Assembly: GCA_036867785.1 (NCBI GenBank)
Contig: CP145410.1
Location: 1 to 64,000 of the forward strand
DNA from: Plasmodiophora brassicae
Taxonomy: Eukaryota
Length of the DNA: 64,000 bases
Direction of reading: 5' to 3'
Part shown: positions 56,623-64,000 of the stretch, piece after piece
How positions within the stretch are numbered: the first letter of the stretch is position 1
Layout: each line of letters opens with the position of its first letter
The notes under the pieces: generated by a model
The model's database searches: none
What the model saw: the letters and a program-made list of their open reading frames with translations, nothing else
What the model was told of the DNA's origin: nothing
Translations under genes and position numbers: made by a program

Positions 56623-58562
56623 ATGCAGCACGCCGCGTGTCGACAGTGGAGGCACGTGACCTGCATCGTCGCCGTCATTTCGCTATTCGCCGTCACTGTC
56701 GGGGATGGTGGCGGGTCGTCGTCGTCGTCGTCGTCGCTGGCGGCGGCGGCGCCGGGCCGCGTGACGTCCCTGTCCGATCTGGCGGACGACATCGCGGCGA
56801 TCATGGACGATGTGGGAGTCGCGGCCGGCGAGGCGCGGGACGGCATCGACGCGATGGCCATGGCGATGGACGACGGCCGGCATGCGCACCTGGGTGCCGC
56901 GGCGCGTTCCAGCACGCTCGATCTGGTCGCGTCCTACGCCGAATTGCACAGGCTGGCCGGGCGACTTGCGCGCTCCAGGTTCGCGGACACGTTTGCGGCC
57001 GCTCTTCACGACGGGAACGCGCCCCGAGCGCTGGCGTTCATGCGCGTGCAACAGGTGACACGGTCGTTGCGCGAACGCGTTCCCGCGCGCATCATTATCC
57101 TCGGCAGACCGTAACCCAGTTCGCCTAGGTGCACGTCACGACGTTCGTCAGTGAGGAGCGTCGCGCCGTATCGCAGTGGCGTCAGCTCTGCGACGAACTC
57201 GGCCGGAGCGCCAGGGACCCGCCTCCCGACGGCAACGTCGCCGATGACGTCGCTGCTGCCGTTCTCGACTGGCACTGGCGCGTGCTGGTCGCCATTGCGG
57301 CGGTCTGTGCGACCGCGTTCGGGCTGCGGCGACGCGCCGTCCTCTATGCCGCCGTGTTCGCCTCCGTCTACCTCGCCGGGGTCTACTGCTATGTCCATGC
57401 AATGTCCATGGTGTCCGGGCTGGTCGGTTCGTCCGTGATGCTCCTGCAACGCCTGCCGTCGATGGTGACCGCACCGGTGCCGTTTGTCGCGACGCCTCGC
57501 CTGACGGATCGCATGGAGCCGCGTGTCGCGCGCCTGTCCGTGCTGACGGCGGCGCTGTCGACCAACTTCCAGGTCCTGTCCAAAGGCCTGTCCATCACGC
57601 TCAGCCACGAAGGGTCGATCGTGCCGGCCATGGACGACGCGTCCGAGTCGGCGGCCCTGCGCGCCAACGCGCTCGCCGTCCTTCGTCGCAACGCAATGCT
57701 GCTGATGCCGAGGCTGTCGCTCGCTGCGCTGCGCTCACGAGCTGACGACGGCGACGCGGACGCCCGGCGCCTCGTGCGCGCCGCCGACAACGTCCTGGCA
57801 ACGGCTGCGCATGTCAACGACCAGTTCGTGGCCGTCATGTCGGATGGGCTTGAATCCATTGTCGGCGGGGACGCGCTCCTGTCCCGTATCGCGCTCGACG
57901 CCCGGTCCGACGATGCCCCGGAGCTCATGCGCCTCATGTCGACGCAGTACGGCGCCCTGGCCGCATCGTTCGACGGCGTCGTCTCCCAGATCCAGTCGCT
58001 GCAGGCCGACCTCGGCCGCCTGCAAACGGATCGCGACCTGGCGCTGAGGGCGATCAGACGGTGGCGGCTTCAGTCGGCGACGGGTGCCGGTCTGGGCGTT
58101 GCGCTCGGGATCGTCGGCGTTGCCGGCGCGCCGCTTGCCGCGACGTGGACGGCCGTCGCCGGCGCCGCTGGCGTTGCCACGGTTGGCGCTGGCGTCCTGG
58201 TCCGGTCGGTCGCGTCGGTGGTGAAGGCGCACAGGTTCGCGTCGGCGCTGGACGCGCTCGGCGTCGAGCTCCGTTCGTTTCGCAACGACGTGGCGCGCGT
58301 CCGTGACGCCATGACGGGCGCCAAGACCCAGGTGCAGGGCGTCGTCAGCATGCTGGCGCTGGCGCAGCAGGAGATGAACGCGCTCGGCCTGGCGTACGAG
58401 CCCGTGTCGGCACGTGCGCGCCAGGGTCTCGACGTCCTGTACGCTGCCGCCCGCGATGAACAACGGGAACTGCTGCGCGTCCTGGGCCTTCTGAGGACGT
58501 TCGAGCTGGCCACCGGCGACGGGCGCAACGTGCCGCTGACATCGTCAGACCACGTAAACTAG
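56623..58562 (+). CDS. Hypothetical helical membrane protein with coiled coils and a Gly/Ala hydrophobic hairpin (2 exons)
   Basis: N-terminal hydrophobic segment, intron 57055-57128, internal TM segments, GAGLGVALGIVGVAGAPLAA..GAAGVATVGAG flanked by heptad helices. Confidence 0.65.
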
Positions 58563-58659
58563 GTGGTGCACGGCAACGCGCTTGCACCGACAGCAACAGC
58601 AGCAGCAGCAGCAGCAGCCGCACGGTTGTGTTTGCGCCTTCTGTGTGTATCACTGTCGT

Positions 58660-60139
58660 TCACGTGATGCGTGGCTCGACGCCCTGTTCGAAGTCGACGA
58701 TGGCGTCGGGCCACCTGGTCTGGATGACTTCGCGCAGGCCCCGCTCGGCGCTCTGCCCCTGGGGGATGCCCTCCGCGTCCATGACCGTGACGCCGACCTG
58801 GCAGCAGGTCGCCGTCGCACCCGAATGGTTCTCCATCCCGTTGTAATGGAACAGGACGAACTGGTCCGGGGCTCGTGCCGACCCGGATCCCTGCTGGGCG
58901 CCATTGCCGTCGGCGGCGCCGGCAGCGGCAGCACGAGGCGGCCTGGGCGTCATGCAGATCTCGCACTGGTCCGGTTCGTTGGCGTTGACGAACGTGCAGG
59001 CCGCACACTGCCACGGCTCGCTGGCGTCGTCGCCGACGAGCGTCGCCTGCAGGACGCCCCACAAGGACGACCAGAGGACGATGCCCAGGCCGTCCGGGTC
59101 GACCAGGCCCCGGACCCGGTCCAGGTCGCGGGCGAGATCGTCCCGGTGCAGGCGGTGGAGGAGCGGGCCGAGGTCGTCGCCTGCGATGAAGTTCGAATCG
59201 GTCGTGTCGAAGGCGGCGAACTCGGCGTGGGCGACGTGCTCGGCGACGTCGGCGTCGGACAGGTGGGCGACGGTCGGGTCGGTGGAGAACAGGACCGTGT
59301 AGTGTGTCGCGCTGGCCACGATCCAGATCGGCAGCAGCGGGCAGCGCAGGAAGTTGCCCACCTTGGTGTACTGGAGGACCTCCATCTGCGACAGCAGGCC
59401 GATTCGGCATCGCGATGGCACGCCGCACACCTCGACGTCCGGCGCCAGCTGCCTGCGACCGTCGAACAGGTGCGAGACGGCCCTCCCGAACAGGCACAGG
59501 TTGACGAGCTCCTGGGAACCTGTGCCCAGCAACCGGCGCACGTCAGCAAACGTGCACGGGGACAGCGCCGCCAATTCGGAACGAGGCCGACGACCACCGA
59601 CCGTGGCCGAACCGGCTGACGAGCGGCTCCGTGTCGTAGTTCAGGCTGTGTGCATAGGCGCGTCAGTCGGGAACGGGCGCGTGTGCGCCGCGCGCTCGCG
59701 GGACGTACTCGGTCTTCACGCCGTCGATGGTGCGCGTCCGCAGCAGCGACTTGACGAACTCGACAATGGCGCCGGGTTGTTGCAGGTCCGACCGGCGGAT
59801 CGTATCGCGTAGGGTGTCGAGCGACGCGTGGGCGGTTGCGCCCAGGAACGCCGGGCTGGTGGTCGACGGGCGAGCGTGCCACAGGATGAGCGCCAGGGCG
59901 CCGACCAGGGCCTCCTGGCACTGTTCCGGGGTGGCGTCAAACACGGAGCTGACGGCCAGCAGCTCGGCGATCAGGAACGCTTGGACGGGGGCCAGGACGG
60001 CGCATGGCCCGCCCTGGCGCTGGCGCAGGCCCCAGGGGACGGCCGCGGAGAACACGAACCCCTCGTCGGCCCACCGCCGCACATCATCCGGGTCGGGCGA
60101 CGCACCGAACAGGATGGAGGTGATGTCGGCATCCGACAT
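58660..60139 (-). CDS. MINDY3/4 (FAM188) deubiquitinase with EF-hand and RanBP2-type zinc finger, 3 exons
   Basis: GLRQRQGGPCAVLAPVQA (catalytic Cys), QELVNL, PIWIVASATHYTVLF (His), WQCAACTFVN..CEIC, LFHYNG, IQTRWP. Confidence 0.92.
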
Positions 60140-60721
60140 GGTGCCGCGGCGACGGCGGGCGCCCTGATGCCAACCACGATGGGTCGGGGTCCACACACAC
60201 CCCCGGTCTGGAAGATGTGACCCACGTACGGGCGCCGCCGCGACTCTCTCTGCCCCAGGGGCCATTTTATCCGCAACCGTCCAGGCCCCGCCTACCGCTT
60301 TTTTGTGCGTCAAACGGACGTGGCCTCTGCGAACCTCGTAACGGCACTGGAACAAGGATTTGCGTGCTTCGTCCTGTCGGTAGCCGCTCAAACTGTTTCT
60401 GACACAGTCCTCATCGATCATCAATTCGTCATTCATCAATCAACACCTTCCGAAGAAGAACGTGAGCCAACAAGTGCGCTGCGATCTGTCACAACGCCCT
60501 GTGTTGCGGCCCGGCCCGGGCGCGGATCGTCATTACAGCACCCACGCACCGGGGAATGCGATACTTTACGCCACTGTTGGGCGGGTGAGTCAACAGGGCG
60601 TGGGTAACAACGGACGGGATGATTCACGTGTGACGGCACATGTGCTGGGTATCACATTCGCTGCACATGTGCGTTCATTGTTGAACTGGTGCCCATATTG
60701 TCATTGACGAACCCGTACAAG

Positions 60722-61063
60722 ATGCGTATTAGCGTCATTCTCTTGGTCATCATGGTCCTGCTGGCCTATATCGCCCAGGCCGGCGACGTCGAACTCGAAG
60801 TCGAGGTACGTTCCCGTGAGAGTCCATCCGCAATGTTGAGGTCTGACGCCGGCGACGGGTAGCACGGTGACGGCCACATTGATCACCGCGAGGAGAGCCA
60901 CTGTGAGTAGCCAGCGCGCGCACCTGCATCCCTGTGAAATCCCATGGCACTGATTCCAATGGCACCCTGTTCAGATCACGGCCATCACGGTGACGACGAC
61001 GACGACGATGACGACGATGAAGATGATCACCATCACCATCATCACCACGGCCACCACGGTTAG
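60722..61063 (+). CDS. Small secreted His/Asp-rich peptide, 70 aa, 3 exons
   Basis: Exons 60722-60805, 60863-60902, 60975-61063 (GT-AG introns) splice to MRISVILLVIMVLLAYIAQA-GDVELEVEHGDGHIDHREESHYHGHHGDDDDDDDDDEDDHHHHHHHGHHG*. Confidence 0.8.
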
Positions 61064-61399
61064 ACTCGCAATGATCGCCTGCGGTTTCAGCTGTTCGCTT
61101 ATGCACTACCGCTTCAGGGCACGACGATTAATTGCACAGCTGCCTGCCACAATACATGCCTATTTGCCGTCCTCCCACTTTGCTGGCTTGCGTCCCCGAG
61201 TAGGACGCGGCAACGCGCATGTCGAGTGCCACCTGGGCGACCGCTGGACTGGCCACGTTAACGGCAACAACAGTCTACGCTAGCGATCTATCCCTAGGAT
61301 ATGGATAGAATATGACACGAAGGCGCGGGTGTGATGTGATACTAGCAGCACGTTGGCGATAAACTCGCAACGGAGCTCTCCTGAATAGATCTGTATGCA

Positions 61400-64000
61400 C
61401 TAGGAATCGCGTGCATTGCTGATAACGAACAATCGGATCGAGCTCGGGTCGAACAGATGGGTTCGCTGGTGTCGCAGGAAGATGACGCCCCACAGTAACG
61501 ACGAGAACCAGACGGACTGGGAGCGTGTCAGTTCGGCGACACCGTTTCGCAGAGCAGCAACCGATCTACCGTGTATCGCGATGGGGAATACTGCCGAACG
61601 GTAATCGGGTGCGGAAGCGGCAGTACGCCGACGAGCGTGAGGTCTTTGAAGAAGGCCATCACCTGAGCCTCGTTCTGGTATGCACTGCAAGCGTGGTTAG
61701 ATCACACAGCGGTGGGGCCGCACGAATTCGCAGCAGCCGTCTACCCAGATTCGTAGAGCGAATTCATGCGGGGAAGAAGGAACTCGAGCGTACGCCTGAT
61801 CGGCAAGAGCGGGAACTTGCCCAGCCACGACTGCACCTGTGCAGAGAATGTCACTAAATAGACGGTTCGGGGACTGACAAACAGAACAGAACCCGTTACC
61901 CAAGCTTTTCGGGATGCTGGCGACATCTCGGCCAGCACGTTACTTGATCTCCTCCTGGGTATCGTGCCGTCGTTGGTGACCGCCGGATGGTCATCGGAGA
62001 TGGACGCCGCTGTTTCCCTCCGCACGGGCGATGACGGCTGTGACGTCACGTCATCGTTCTCGACTGCAGCTGACGCTTCTACCGGATTGTTAACAATGAG
62101 AACCAGACCGCGATGATGTGCGATGGAACGAATTACCGGTCGCCGGAGCCTCCGCCTGGGCATCCGGACGAGGCTCCGACTCTGGAGACAGTTGCTCGAC
62201 GGTCGGCGGGCCCGCGTCGGCTCGATTCGCACCTTCCCTTGATTCGTCCCCATCAATGCAGAGGTTCAGGAACGAAGACGATTTCCTAGTCATCGCATAG
62301 ACGAGACGCGGGTTCCCCGAATACTGGTACTGGAGGACGTTGTTAAACGCCTCGATCAACAGCACTGAAGGCACGTTAGCGAGATGAAGCGCGTGTCGTC
62401 GGTTGTCGACGTACGGAGGTACTGCGGCACTGACCGACTGGACCATAGGACGTCCGGCTTCGAGAAGTGCTCGAACAGGTCAACGAGGGCGCTGCTTGAT
62501 GCCCACGACAAGTCGCGGACATACGGCGTGACATTCGTGATCGTCGTCAGCAGCATGTGATTGAGCGATTCGATTCGCATTGACCCAAACATGATCTCGC
62601 AGCTGACGATGACAAGCAAGTCGGCGTAACTGCCGTTGAACATCGACAGGTTTCCGGGCGCTCCGAGCACAACTGGGCAGGAGCCACACGATGCGTTAAA
62701 CGCCAGCGCAAACTCCCGATTGCTGCTCAACTTCAGCATCAGCATGGCACATGTGTGCACGATGCCGATCTGCGTCATATCGTGCTTGCTCCGGGACATG
62801 ATGTAGAGCAGCGGCTGCAGCAAGGCGCTCGAATCGGCGCGCGTGACGACAAACTCGCGGAACGCCGGGCAGATGTCGATCAGCTTCCACAGCAGGATGA
62901 ACACTTCTTGGTAGCAGTCGAACTCCTGGACGGATCGTGACAGGTAGGCCGTCGCGGCAGAGACAGCGTTGCCGAGCAGAGACGTCAGCGCCGAGTACAC
63001 GCGCGACAAATTCGACGGCAACCGCATTTGGGATAGCGACCCCAACAGGGGGTTCACTGGATCGTCGTCTGCCTCCAATCGCCGGTAGTCGAGAATGATT
63101 AGCAGAGCGTGCAGGGATGCGAGCACGAGCTCTTCCCGGGCGTCGAGTGCTGTCCCCCACGACATGAACGAGAACGTGCCAGACGCAGACGGCAGCGGTT
63201 CGGTGATCGTGTGCAATAGCGAACAGAGAAGCGTCTCGGCAAGCGTGTCGTCAACGGCAATCTTCAGAAGGGGGTTGAACTCGTGGGCGAACTGTTCTGA
63301 CGCGCGAAACAACCCCACAGCGCTGCATGCGATCAGGAGACGCAGCAGTTCGACCCTGTGCGCGTCGATCTGCGCCATGTCGCCGAATCCCCAGACGAGC
63401 TCCGCCGACACGTTCGGCAGCTCGAAATGGGTCGACGGGGCCGCGGGTTGGGCCTGGAGCGTGAAGCCGGGGACGAACAGGAGGTCGATCAGCACGCGCA
63501 TCAACCTCGGAGACGGCGCGTCAACGCGGTCGACTGACAACGTGACGCACGACGGCGAGGACGGCTCGCAGACGCCCTCGGCACTGCTGGTTGACGGATG
63601 CACAGGCGATGTTTGCTCACGCGACGACGCCTGTTCCTTGACGTCAACGGCATCGGCGTTCCCGGATGAGGGGATGACGGAATCCGCAACGTCGCCCTTG
63701 GGAGCGCCGTCATGATCGTCCAGCGCGTATGGGTGCTCGGAGAGCGAACCCGATACGGCCGGCTGCACCTTTCGAGGATGGTCGGCATCCTTGTTGTCTT
63801 GCACTACACGAAAAGCGACTACACGTCGTCAATGGAGACATTGCACACACGGGTTGGTTCACAGCGCTGCACCCACCGCGTGGCAGAACGCCTTGCGCCA
63901 TGAAGCCGCGATTGAATTCGTCATCAGCGTCCTCCAGCGTGACGGGAAGGATTCTAGTCAGCAGTCGTACAATGTGAAGAATATCGTCCGGCTCGGCTGC
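61400..64000 (-). CDS. HID1: HID1/dymeclin-family Golgi protein, 5' end outside the window, multi-exon
   Basis: ELLRLLI, QEVFILLWKL, MLKLSSNREFA, YADLLV, NVTPY, EAFNNVLQYQY.GN..LVYA, W...FPL..I, WGVIF..IRLF. Confidence 0.88.

Noticed and set aside
58582-59619. 345-aa + strand ORF starting with polyQ
   Set aside because: (CAG)n microsatellite in a 3' intergenic gap running into the antisense strand of MINDY

Overview
This is the left end of a eukaryotic chromosome: a (CCCTAAAA)n telomere at 1-395, followed by a gene-dense, GC-rich arm with short (~50-75 nt) GT-AG introns. The TTTTAGGG repeat, intron size and gene content suggest a phytomyxid protist such as Plasmodiophora brassicae (inference, not verified). 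The telomere is fused directly into the middle of a Ty3/gypsy chromovirus pol ORF. About 30 protein genes are recognisable: PHO4 transporter, ICMT, AGC kinase, DusA, DNA ligase I, ArfGAP, Qb-SNARE, MAPKKK, p24, TTP-type CCCH, MFS, CDKAL1, cyclin, E2, metallophosphoesterase, rubrerythrin-like, AMPK-beta, 7TM, SMP/C2, MINDY and HID1. Structure missed or fragmented by the ORF track: (1) a second, intron-split TALE homeobox gene facing a BELL-like TALE gene across a MAPKKK; (2) a 3-exon secreted His/Asp-rich 70-aa peptide; (3) a frameshifted secreted alpha-carbonic anhydrase pseudogene; (4) a 52-bp-stem RNA hairpin; (5) an hAT-like MITE, a Ginger-like palindromic MITE and a complete two-gene PIF/Harbinger-type element, each with TIRs and TSDs; (6) two paralogues sharing a Net1/Tof2-like N-terminal domain. 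All assignments come from reading motifs by eye; no database searches were run.
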